Shown here: piece after piece, positions 51,889 to 63,650 of the stretch
Position numbering within the stretch: position 1 is the stretch's first letter
Layout of the letters: each line of letters starts with the position of its first letter
Source of the DNA: Octopus sinensis
Taxonomy: Eukaryota
Direction: 5' to 3'
NCBI RefSeq assembly: GCF_006345805.1
Contig: NC_043004.1
Location: forward strand, 103,602,001-103,666,000
Length of the DNA: 64,000 nucleotides
Program-made: the position numbers and the translations under genes
Notes under the pieces: model-generated
Database searches by the model: none
Seen by the model: the letters and a program-made list of their open reading frames with translations, nothing else
Told to the model about the DNA's origin: nothing

Positions 51889-52100
51889 ACTCTCTTTTAC
51901 TCTTTTACTTGTTTCAGTCATTTGACTGCGGCCATGCTGGATCACTGCCTTTAGTTGAGCAACTCGACCCCGGGACTTATTCTTTGTAAGCCCAGTACTT
52001 ATTCTATCGGTCTCTTTTTGCCGAACCGCTAAGTGACGGGGACATAAACACACCAGCATCAGTTGTCAATGCTAGGGGGACAGACACACAAACATACACG

Positions 52101-52142
<42 letters not shown>

Positions 52143-52277
52143 TACGACGGGCTTCTTTCAGTTTCCGTCTACCAAATCCACTCACAAGGCTTTGGTTGGC
52201 CCGAAGCTATAGTAGAAGACACTTGCCCAAGGTGCCATGCAGTGGGACTGAACCTGGAACCATGTGGTTGGTAGGCA
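51889..52277 (-). mobile_element. SINE family A
   Basis: Reverse complement of the standard structure, missing the first ~10 nt. Confidence 0.87.
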
Positions 52278-52907
52278 AGCTACTTACCACACAGCCACCT
52301 TGTTTTTTTTTGTTTTTTTTCTTTGTTAATGTGTATGATTTGAGATTTGAGTGCTATTTCTACCAACTCAAGCAATTGCATAAAGACAGGTTTCCCTGTT
52401 GGCTCATTTGCAAGGGTTTGGGACCCCAAGTAATTTGTCTTGTGTGACCAGGGTGAGGACATATTAATTGCAAGAGGCAAATCTTTCAGCGACAACCAGC
52501 TGCTAACCCCATACAATGTGCAATTTTCATCTTTCATAATACACCTCTGTTATCTTGGATTGTGCTTGCGTGCACAAACACATACACACAAGCAGACACA
52601 CACACACTCCCTTTTTTTACTGTATCTCTGTCACAAAAGGGCCACCTGCTTGATAACCCTCCTCTCCCTAAACATGATGGGTGTCTTTTCCAGTTTTGTT
52701 GGGTGTGGTTAGAAGCAAGGTGTATGGGATAAGTGAATAGTTTAGCAACTGATGTCAGGGATAGTTTTGATAGCCTTATTTATCTTCTTACTTAATAAAA
52801 GGGCTTTAAATGTTCCCCTCACATATTTGAAAAGGTTTCATTTCAATCCTGGGCCTATAAAATATCAACACCAACAACACAAAGAAGTTTCCTGTTTATT
52901 TGCTACC

Positions 52908-52938
<31 letters not shown>

Positions 52939-53019
52939 TCTCTCTCTCTCTCTTGTATTCCCTTCTCTTCTGTTTTATTTTCTCTTTACTTTCATTTCAC
53001 TCTATATACTTACTCACTC

Positions 53020-53512
53020 CCTCTTTCTTTACTCAGTCTCTCTCTCTTTACTCACTCTCCTTCTCTCCTCTCCCTCTCTCCCTCTCTCTCTCTCCCTCTT
53101 TACTCGCTCTCCCTCTTTACTCGCTCTCCCTCTTTCCTCGCTCTCCCTCTTTCCTCGCTCTCCCTCTTTCCTCGCTCTCCCTCTTTCCTAGCTCTCCCTC
53201 TTTCCTAGCTCTCCCTCTTTCCTCGCTCTCCCTCTTTCCTCGCTCTCCCTCTTTCCTCGCTCTCCCTCTTTCCTCGCTCTCCCTCTTTCCTCGCTCTCCC
53301 TCTTTACTCACTCACTCTCACTTTATTCACTCACTCACTCTCTTTACTCACTCACTCTCTTTACTCACTCACTCACTCTCACTTTACTCACTCACTCACT
53401 CTCACTTTACTCACTCACTCACTCTCTTTACTCACTCACTCTCTCACTTTACTCTCTCTCTCTCACTTTACTCTCTCTCTCTCTCACTTTACTCACTCTC
53501 TCTTTACTCTTG
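53020..53512. repeat. Pyrimidine-rich minisatellite: 17-mer CTCTCCCTCTTTCCTCG grading into (CACT)n units
   Basis: About a dozen tandem 17-mers at about 53090-53305. Confidence 0.92.
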
Positions 53513-54461
53513 TCCTCTCTCCATTCACATTCTTGCCCCTTTTCCACTCACCCATCATTATTCTCTTCACCCACCTACCCCCTCTCTTTCTTTACTTACC
53601 ATTTTCCCCCACCCCCACCCCTTCTTGAACTCATCACTCATCCCCTATATGACAGGATATGTTCAGTAACTCTGTCTACATCTACAACACAATATCAATA
53701 AGTTTCCCAAGCTGGTCACAGAATCTCTAATAAACGGGGTCACTGAGTGACCTTTGTTGTCTAGTGAAATCCCTAGTAATCTTCTCCTTGGCAGATTTCC
53801 CAGTCCGAACTTTCAGATAAAAATAGCCCCCATCCTTCCATTGAACTCTTGTTAATTTATCCTATTGCTGTAACTAACATGCTGGAGGTGATGGAGATTA
53901 TTAGGTTCCCATGGACTGGGGCACAACTGTTTGTGGTCACCCAATGACCTGCTAGAAATAGCTGCCAAACCTTTCTCTGATTATGTACTGTTATCTTAAT
54001 AAGGAAAAGACTCACTGAATAATGTAGTCTAGTCTACATACACTCTATGACTGCATAGAAGGCACCTCTTATTTATCATCATCATCATTGTTTTAATATC
54101 TACTTCTCCATACTTGCCTGAGCCAGATAGAATTTGTTGAGAGGAAGATTTTCTACAACTGGACGCTCTTCCTGTTGCCAACCCTTGTCTGTTATCCACT
54201 GAAGATTGGAAACAAAAGATATCACTTGCATCTTGCATGACACTCGTTTACAACTATTATGCAATATTAAGACAAGGAGAGAATAACACGTACACATACA
54301 TACATATATAACAGACTTCTTTCAGTTTCTATCTCCAAAATCCACTCATTGGTAGAAGGCACTTGCCCAAAGCCCCACACAGTAGGACTGAATCTGGCTG
54401 GAACCTTGTGGTTGGTAAACAAGCTTCTTACCTCATAGCCACGCCTATATATATATATATT

Positions 54462-54634
54462 CCCCTGTCTTCCCTTCTCGGGATCTTTCCTTCTCCTATG
54501 TTTCCGACGAAGAGCTCCGCTCGAAACGTCAAACCCTCCTTCTTCCCTTCTTTCCAGAGCGTCCAATAATACTATATTTGTTCCACGTCCTCGCGTTGTT
54601 GTTTTTTTTTGTGCTTTCTTGTTTGGATTAACTA
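54462..54634 (+). mobile_element. Penelope-like element terminal-repeat fragment, copy 2
   Basis: Matches 23600-23767; lies between (TA)n and (CA)n. Confidence 0.65.
54500..54534 (+). ncRNA. Minimal type I hammerhead ribozyme-like motif (GUC site)
   Basis: GTTT-CCGACGA-A-GAGC-tcc-GCTC-GAAA-cg-TC-AAAC; predicted cleavage after C54530. Confidence 0.65.
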
Positions 54635-54660
54635 CACACACACACACACACACACCCACC

Positions 54661-56679
54661 GTCGTCGTTGTCGTCGTCGTCCGTTTTCCATGCTAGCATT
54701 GGTTGGATGGTTCTACTGGGGTCTGTGAAGCCAGAAGGCTTCATCAGGCCCAGTCAAATCTGGCAGTGTTTCTACGGCTGGATGCCCTTCCTAACGCCAA
54801 CCACTCCGTGAGTGTAGTGGGTGCTTTTTACGTGCCACCCGCACTGGTGCCAGACAGAGCTGGCAAACGGCCACGAACGGATGGTGCTTTTTATGTGCCA
54901 CCGGCACGAGGGCCAGGCGAGGCTGGCAACGGACACGAAACGGGGCGGTGCTGGCAACGGTCGCGAAACGGAAAGTTCTCTTACATGCCACCGGCACTGG
55001 TAACACATCTGCAATTTCCATTGATCGATTTCGATTCTGATCCTCACTTGCATCAATGGGTCTTCACAAGCAGAGTTTCGACATGCCACCGGCACTGGTA
55101 ACACATCCGCAATTTCCATTGATCGATTTCGATTCTGATCCTCACTTGCCTCAACACGTCTTCACAAGTAGAGTTTTGTGTCCCAAGAAGGGAAGGTATG
55201 CATACGTAGGCTGGCTCCATCCCATGTAGAAGGCCACGGGTTGTGGACTCACTTGTCCTGCCGGGTCTTCTCGCGCACAGCACACTTCCAGAGGTCTCGG
55301 TCTCTAGTCATTTCCTCAGTGAGACCTAAAGTTCGAAGGTCATGCTTCACCACCTCGTCCCAGGTTTTCCTGGGTCTGCCTCTTCCACAGGTTCCCTCAA
55401 CCGCTAGGGTGTGGCACTTTTTCACACAACTATCTTCATCCATTCTCGCCACATGACCATACCAGCGCAAACGTCTCTCTTGCACACCACAACTGATGCT
55501 TCTTAGGTCCAGCTTTTCTCTCAAGGTACTTACACTCTGCCGAGTGTGAGTACCGGCATTACACATCCATTGGAGCATACTGGCTTCATTTCTAGCGAGC
55601 TTACGCATATCCTCAGCAGTCACGCCCATGTTTCACTGCCATGTAGCATGGCTGTTCGTACACACGCATCATACAGTCTGCCTTTCACTCTGTGCGAGAG
55701 GCCTTTTGTCACCAGTAGAGGTAAGAGCTCTCTGAACTTTGCCCAAGCTATTCTTACTCTAGCAGTTACACTTTCAGCACACCCGCCCCCGCTGCTGACT
55801 TGGTCACCTAGGTAACGGAAACTATCAACTATTTCTAGTTTTTCTCCCTGGAAAGTGACGGAAGTTGGTCTCAGAGCATTTTCAGTGTTTATTGTTCCTG
55901 AGCATCTGCCACATACAAAAACCTTCTTCCTAGTTAGCCTTCCTTTGACATTGCTGCATCTCTTATGTGTCCATAGCTTACACTTGGTGCATCTTATAGA
56001 GTTTCTACCTACACCTTTTCTACAGATCGAGCAGGGCCATCTACCTGAAGGTGTTTGTGATTTGTCTACCTTCCTACTGATTACGACTTTGGTTTTAGCT
56101 AGATTGACTCTGAGGCCCTTCGATTCTAATCCTTGTTTCCACACCTGAAACTTCTCCTCCAGTTCTGATAGCGACTCAGCAATTAGAGCAAGGTCATCAG
56201 CATAGAGGAGCTCCCAAGGGCATCCTGTCTTGAATTCCTCCGTTATTGCCTGGAGGACTATGATAAATAGGAGGGGGCTGAGTACTGAGCCTTGGTGGAC
56301 TCCTACCTCTACCCGGAATTCTTCACTGTACACATTTCCAACCCTCACCCTACTAGCGGCGTCCCTGTACATGGCCCGCACAGCTCTCACTAACCATTCA
56401 TCTATCCCTAGTTTCCTCATTGCCCACCAGATAAGGGATCGGGGGGACCCTGTCGAAGGCTTTCTCCATGTCAACAAAAGCCAGGTACAGGGGCTTATCT
56501 TTGGCTAGGTATTTCTCCTGCAGCTGCCTTACCAGGAATATAGCATCAGTAGTACTTTTCCCTGGCACAAACCCAAACTGCATCTCATCTAAACTAACTC
56601 TCTCTCTAATTAGTTGGGCTATGACCCTCTCCGTAACCTTCATCACCTGGTCCAACAGCTTGATACCTCTGTAGTTATT
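54661..56679 (-). mobile_element. 5'-truncated RTE-clade LINE (RT, 3' UTR and (GAC)n tail)
   Basis: Motifs NYRGIKLL, QFGF, AFVDMEKAFDRV, GVHQGSVLSPLLF, LLYADDL, FRYLG, RRLRWYGHV and GRPRKTW. The 3' UTR has tandem repeats and the 5' end abuts (TA)n. Confidence 0.97.
55249..56679 (-). pseudogene. Reverse transcriptase ORF with two frameshifts and an internal PHD finger
   Basis: Three consecutive ORF pieces (56398-56706, 55620-56477, 55249-55629) join via frameshifts near 56445 and 55625. C4HC3 finger at 55902-56033. Confidence 0.95.
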
Positions 56680-58079
56680 TATATATATATATATATATAT
56701 ACACACATTACTGTTCTGTTCTCAGATCAGTAAAAAGAAGTACTCCATCCATTGAGAGATAAATATCATTTAATGTACATTGTATTAAAATAAGACCTAC
56801 TAAAAGTTTCTTGCTGTGAAGACATGTGGCCAGACAGGTTTTTATAACATGCTTTGTGTCTTCAAGCAATCTTCAAGCCTGAAGCTACTGTGTACATTAA
56901 ATGATATATTTGTGAGAGAGAGAGAGCCGGGGGCGGGGGGAGCTAGCACCTGGATCAACGTTGACCTGGGGTTAAACAACAACCACAACTAAGTCCTTAG
57001 AGTCTGGGGGGTTTGTGTTTAACACCTTTTGCTGCTTTTTTTTCACCTACCCCCCCCCCCCCTCGTCAGATATTCCATACCTATGATAAACTGCTCTCAC
57101 TATCTCTTCCTCCTAACTCTCTGAAGGAAGGACAATAGTTTCTGACTAATCACTGCCCCCCCCCCCCCACCATCAGCCATTAATTGTTTATAATTCATGT
57201 CCTACTCTCATTATACTATCATTTATCTTTTTCAGGCCCCTCCCCCCCAATCTGTGATTCCAGTCTCTTTCAGCCTGCCTCTCTTTACCTTTCCTTCTCC
57301 TCATTCTTCACCCCCCCCCCCCTATCAGTTCTATTTTACTCCACCTCGCATCTCTGCATCTCTCGTTTTAGTCTTATATATATATATATAATTGTCAACA
57401 TTTAATGTCCATGGGTTGGATACGCACATGCATGCACACATGCATATGTAGATGCACATACACACACATATATAAACCTCCATCTCCCTCACTCCCTCTC
57501 TTCTCCCTCTTCCTCCCCTTCTTACTCTCCCCTCTTTCCACCTCTCTCTTCCCTTTGTCTCTCTTTCTCCCCCTCCTTCAATTTGACAATTACTTAGAAT
57601 CTTCTTTCCTCCACTTCACTTTACTTAATGAAATTCACACGTTTCTTCTTTCTCTCTTTCCCAATTCCTCTGCTTCCCATCTTCCCCCCCCCAATTCCTC
57701 TCCTCTATCCCTGCTCCTTTTCCCTTCCTCTCTTCTCTCCCTATCTTCTCTCTTTCTAGTTTCTTCTCCTTCTATCTCTATCTCTCCCTTCCACCCTTCA
57801 CCTGTTCTTCCACTATTGTATTATTACCTCACCTTCACCACCACCACCACCACCACTCTCACTTTAACAATCTTGACTTCTCTATTTTTTTATTATTACA
57901 AACAAAACACTCTCCCCCTCTTCCCTGAGCAGCTACCCTCAAATGTGCCACACCCACATCACTCCCTTACTCTACAAATGCCCCACTTCTACCACCACCT
58001 GCAATAGTGTCTGTTTCTTCTAATATTGTCTCCCATCTCTTGTCACTGTCTCATTTATAAGTCCTTGGTGTTGACTAGA

Positions 58080-59100
58080 AATTACTAGTTCTGTACACTG
58101 AGTTCAAATGACACTCAGACAGCTTAGTCTTTAATCCCATTCAAGGGTCAATAAAATAAGTGTCAATTATATATACTGAGGCCAGTTCAAAATTATGGCC
58201 TTGGCACCAATGTAAGAAATGATTATTATAAAGGCCAGTCAGCCAAGGTCAGCTTTGCCTTTCATCTTTTCGGTGGTGGTGGTTGGTGGGGAGGGTTGAT
58301 AAAATAAAGTACTAGCCAAGTACTGTGTAGCACTTTGGCCAAGTGAGTTCTACTATAGCCCCAGGCCAACCAATACCTTTTGAGTGGATTTGGTAGACAG
58401 AACCTGAAAGTAGCTTGTTGTGTGTGTGTAATTCAACAAAAAAGTTCTCCGCCTGTTGAGAGATAAATATTATTTAATAGACACGATACATGTTTTTGTG
58501 TGCTACTAATAGCTTAGTAGAATTTTGTCCATCTACATTCTGAATTCAAATTCAGCCAAAGTAGACTTTGCCTTTCATCCCTTCACGGTTGATAAATAAG
58601 TACCAGTTGAGTACTGGGTTTGAGGTAATCAACTTGCTTCATTCCTTGAACTTGCTGGCCTTCTGCCAAAATTTGAAACCATTATTATGATCAACATTTA
58701 ATGCAGCAAGCTCGCTGATTCGTTTGCATGCTGGGCAAAATGCTTAGTGGTATTTCATCCATCCTCGTGTTCTGAGTTCAAATTCTGCCAAAGTCAACTT
58801 TGCCTTTTGTTCTTTTGGTGGTGGGTGATAGAATAAGTACCAGTTACACACTGGGATCAATATAATCAACTTACTCCCTCCCCCAAATTTCAGGCCTTGT
58901 GCCTATAGTAGAAAGGATTCTTATTATTATAATCCATGTCAGTTAATTGATAGCAAAATTTGGAGACAGCCAGACAACTTTTACTTTGCAGTTTATCTGT
59001 GATCTGAGTTCAGATTCTTTGAGTCAACTTTTGCTTTGCAATTTTCTGGTTTGATAAAATAAATACCAGAAATATATATTTGCTTCAATCAGTTGTACTT
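58080..59100 (+). mobile_element. Cluster of SINE family B copies and fragments
   Basis: Repeated CTGAGTTCAAAT..ACTTTGCCTTTCATC..GATAAAATAAGTACCAG. The best copy is at about 58700-58930, with a (TTA)n tail. Confidence 0.72.
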
Positions 59101-59328
59101 TTCATACAAATTTGTGACTTGTCCTAATTATGTTGAGTTCCAATGGCCCCTGCTTTAAATTTTATGTCTCTTAGAACAATGAAATTATCTACCAGTAATA
59201 CAATGGACTAAAATTGGAATTTGGGACTTAATAATAATTGCAATATTTCACATTTTTGTTACAAGGTCAGCAATTTTAGCAGAAGGGGGTTAGTCAAATT
59301 TATTCAGTACTTAGATGGTACTTTATTT

Positions 59329-59607
59329 CAGTGGTTCCCAAAGTGGGCAGTATTGCCCCTCTGTGGGCAGTGGAGAGATCAAGAGGACGTTGAAGAAAAG
59401 TAGGGAAATAATAGGGTGGCCAAAAGAAAACCACCACCACCAAAAAATATAATGGTTTAATTATGTTAAGTTTTATTTGTGAAATACTGTTTTGAATTTG
59501 CTGCAGAAAGTGGTCTATGTTTGTAGGGCTGAGTGATGTTGGAGGTGGCTAGGAATTTGGTTCGAGTGTCAAGGGGGCGGCAGCCTGAAAAAGTTTGGGA
59601 ACCACTG
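59329..59607. mobile_element. hAT (Charlie-like) MITE
   Basis: TIRs CAGTGGTTCCCAAA / TTTGGGAACCACTG. The TSD is degenerate (CTTTATTT / TTTTCTTT). It interrupts a family B SINE. Confidence 0.82.
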
Positions 59608-60197
59608 TTTTCTTTTGTTTATCCCAGAAGGATGAAAAGCAAAGTTGACTTCAGTGGATGAGGAAGTAATGGTAAACATGTTAGTTAAAGACTTGAGAAT
59701 ACAAAGAAGGTTGATTCTCATAATGTTAATTTCTATAGGTTAATATGCCTTGGAAAAGGGTGTGTGTATGTTGGGTGGTGAATTACATAGTAAGGATGTT
59801 GATTAGAGGTGAATGAATCTGTTGAAGTCTTCTTGTTTAATTTTCCTATACTCTTTAAAACTGTTTGGCTCTGAAGTAGAACACTTATTCAATGACCGAC
59901 ATATATCAGTCCTTATTGGGATTTAGAGACAATGAGGCCCTCGCTAGGAACTTTTAAGAATACAGAAACTAACATAAAATCTTATTAGAATTTATATTTC
60001 AACCTTTTTGTAACCCTATTTTTGTTGAAATACACTACTTTTGTTTGAATTAATTTTGAAGAAACAAATTGTGAAATTTTGATGGACAGTTTTAATTCAA
60101 ATCAATTTAAAATAGGAACTTTCTGTCAAAGATCTAGGGGCAGCCTGTTGTAGGCTGACATCAAAAGGGTTAAAGCAGTAAGTTTGTAATATAGAAT

Positions 60198-60997
60198 CAG
60201 GAGTGGCTGTGTGGTAAGTAGCTTGCTTATGAACCACATGGTTCTGGGTTCATTCCCACTGTGTGGCACCTTGGGCAAGTGTCTTCTACTATAGCCTCAG
60301 GCCAACCAAAGCCTTGTAAGTGGATTTGGTAGATGGAAGCTGAAAGAAGCCCATCGTATATATGTATGTATGTATATATATACTAGCAGTATCGCCCGGC
60401 GTTGCTCGGGTTTGTAAGGGAAATAACTATAAAGCATTTTTAGAGAGTTATAGCCAAAAAATAGCAAAAAAATGGGAAAAAAAATTATGATAAATTTTTT
60501 TTTGATAGTTAAAAAGGTTGAGTTGTGTCCCCTAGACCATCTGTGGTTTGTGTTTCTGATTCTCGACCCCATGTCGAATTTATCGATCTTTTTCAGAACT
60601 GGGGGAACTTTTCAAAATTTTCGCTGCGTAGTTTTGAATTATGACATTGGGCTATGTGTGTGTCAAGTTTCATCAGAATCGGTTGAAAGCCGTGGTCAGA
60701 GTGAGGGTACAACCAAACAGAAACACACACGGACAAACTGCCGTTTATATATATATATATATATATATACATACATGTGTGTGTATATGTGTATATGTTT
60801 TTGTGTCTGTGTTTGTCCCCCCCCAACATCGCTTAACCGATGATGTGTTTATGTCCCCGTAACTTAGCGATTCGGCAAAACAGACCGATAGAATAAATAC
60901 TAGGCTTACAAAGAATAAGTCCTGGGGTTGATTTGCTTGACTAAAGGCGGTGCTCCAGCATGGCCGCAGTCAAATGACTGAAGCGAGTAAAAGAGAG
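60198..60997 (+). mobile_element. SINE family A interrupted in its (TA)n hinge
   Basis: Head at 60198-60360, tail at 60780-60997. Confidence 0.87.
60383..60746 (-). mobile_element. Non-autonomous Helitron-like element
   Basis: The minus strand ends CCCGAGCAACGCCGGG (hairpin)-CGATACTG-CTAG followed by T. Inserted in (TA)n with no TIRs. Confidence 0.75.
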
Positions 60998-61599
60998 TAA
61001 TCAGAGGTGGTTCCATTTGGTTTGGCATCAAAAGGATTAAACATAATTTATGATTGGGTCAGTTTCGTTAGTGCTAATTAATGTGTAATTAGGTTTATTC
61101 AGTTAAGTTTTTAATGACACATAATTTATAAATCTGATGCGACTGAAAATAAATTCTTGTGATTGAGCGGGGTGGTAAGGGATAGAAAAGCATTGGAGGG
61201 GGTGCTATCTTGTTGGAAAACGTTTGGAGAGAGAGAGAGAGAATGGTTGAGCCCTCTTCAATTTTAAGCCTTGATAATGGTCACACCCATATTGTGACGT
61301 GTTGATCTAGTGTCATCTTCTTGGCTCAACTAGTCTATAACCTCCCACCTTTTCAAATCTGTAGTATAGAATGTCTAGATTAGGGTACACATGCCTTCTT
61401 ATTCCCTTTCTTAGTTACTCCCTATTATTTTTCTTACTTTCTGATCCACTCCCTATAGTTCTCTGACTTGACTTGACTCCCCATTGCTTGCTTACTCTGC
61501 CAGACAAACCCCCTCACCCCCCATACACTACCCTGCCTATGCACATGTTTGTTGCCTTCAGCAACTCATTCTCTCTACCCACTGCCCTCAGTTCTTGCC

Positions 61600-62760
61600 C
61601 ACCTTCTCTATCTCCCTCTCTCTCATTCACACTTCTTGCCCTTCTGCTCTCTCATGCTTCTTTCTCTCCCCTCACTCTGTCTCCTCTCCTTATTCTCTTT
61701 CCTTATTCTCTCTTCTCTCCTCTCTTTACTCTCTCTCCTCTCTTACTCTCTCTCCTCTCCTCTCCTCTCTCTCTCCTCTCCTTACTCTCTCTTCTCTCCT
61801 CTCCTTAGTCTCTTCTCCTCTCCTTACTCTCTCTTCTCTCCTCTCCTTACTCTCTTCCTCTCCTCTCCTTACTCTCTTCTCTCCTCTCCTTACTCTCTCT
61901 CTTCTCTCTTCTCCTTAATCTCTTCTCTCCTCTCCTTATTCTCTCTTCTCTATTCTCCTTACTCTCTCTCCTTTCCTCACTCTCTCATCTCCTTACTCAC
62001 TCTCCTCTCCTTACTCACTCTCCTCTCCTTACTCACTCTCCTCTCCTCACTCACTCTCCTCTCCTCTCCTTACTCACTCTCCTCTCCTCTCCTTACTCAC
62101 TCTCCTCTCCTTACTCACTCTCCTCTCTCTCCTTACTCACTTCCTCTCCTCCTCACTCACTCTCCTCTCCTTACTCACTCTCCTCTCCTTACTCACTCTC
62201 CTCTCCTTACTCACTCTCCTCTACTCTCCTTACTCACTCTTCTCTCCTCTCCTTACTCACTCTTCTCTCCTCTCCTTACTCTCTCTCCTCTCCTCTCCCT
62301 CTCTTCTCTCCTCTCCTTACTCTCTCTTCTCTCCTCTCCTTACACACTCTTCTCTCCTCTCCTTACACACTCTTCTCTCCTCTCCTTACACACTCTTCTC
62401 TCCTCTCCTTACACACTCTTCTCTCCTCACTCACTCTTCTCTCCTCTCCTCACTCACTCTCCTCTCCTTACTCACTCTCCTCTCCTTACTCACTCTCCTC
62501 TCCTTACTCACTCTCCTCTCCTTACTCACTCTCCTCTCCTTACTCACTCTCCTCTCCTTACTCACTCTCCTCTCCTTACTCACTCTCCTCTCCTTACTCA
62601 CTCTCCTCTCCTTACACACTCTTCTCTCCTTACACACTCTTCTCTCCTTACACACTCTTCTCTCCTCACTCACTCTTCTCTTCTCTCCTTACTCACTCTC
62701 CACTCCTTACTCTCTCGTCTCTCTTCTCCATACTCTCTTTCCTCCTCTTACACTCTTCAC
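61600..62760. repeat. Polypyrimidine minisatellite, core 18-mer CTCCTCTCCTTACTCACT
   Basis: More than 1 kb almost devoid of G on the + strand; near-perfect array at about 62450-62620. Confidence 0.95.
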
Positions 62761-63204
62761 TCTCTTATTCACTCCTTCACTCACTTTCTCATGCTCACTC
62801 GTGCTCTTTTTACTCTCATTACTTCTTTTCCTTAATATTTTTCCAATTTCTTGCTCTCCTACTTTTCTCTACCTCACTACAGTCTGTCTGTCTGTCTAAC
62901 ACCACATGTGTATGTATGTGTGTACACCCCACCCACACAGTTAGTGTATAATTCCGTTCTTCTCTGTGTACATCTCTACAAACTCCCTAACCAAACTGAC
63001 AACCAATCTCCAGCCTGTGGATGTTCTTAAACTTCCCTACCCTCCACTCCTCCACTACACCCTGTCTGAGGGATTGTAAATACATGCAAGTGTATAATTC
63101 AACTGCCACATTTGTATCAAATGTATAGACAACTTATATATATATCACTACAAGATGCTAACCACATCAAATCTCTCTCTCCCACATTCTCAATGTCCAC
63201 ACAA

Positions 63205-63650
63205 TGTACACTCTCTTCTCTCCTCTCCTTATACTCTCTTCTCTCTTCTCCTTACTCTCTCTTCTCTCTTCTCCTTACTCTCTCTTCTCTCCTCTCCTTA
63301 CTCTCTCTTCTCTCCTCTCCTTACTCTCTCTTCTCTCCTCTCCTTACACTCTCTCCTCTCCTTACACTCTCTCCTCTCCTTACACTCTCTCCTCTCCTTA
63401 CACTCTCTCCTCTCCTTACACTCTCTCCTCTCCTTACTCTCTTTTCTCTCCTCTCCTTACTCTCTCTTCTCTCCTCTCCTTACTCTCTCTTCTCTCTTCT
63501 CCTTACACTCTCTCCTCCTTACTCTCTCTTCTCTCCTCTCCTTAAACTCTCTTCTCTCCTCTCCTTACACTCTCTCCTCTCCTTACACTCTCTCCTCTCC
63601 TTACTCTCTCTTCTATCCATATCTCCTCGTTCTCTCTCTCTCTCTCTCCA
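63205..63650. repeat. Second block of the same minisatellite family (CTCCTCTCCTTACACTCT and 23-mer variants)
   Basis: Seen directly in the sequence. Confidence 0.93.

Noticed and set aside
61549-62835. 428-aa ORF, the longest in the window, and the similar ORFs at 52752-53669, 57405-58007 and 63112-63732
   Set aside because: Translations of pyrimidine minisatellites that lack stop codons by composition (S/L/P/T/H repeats).
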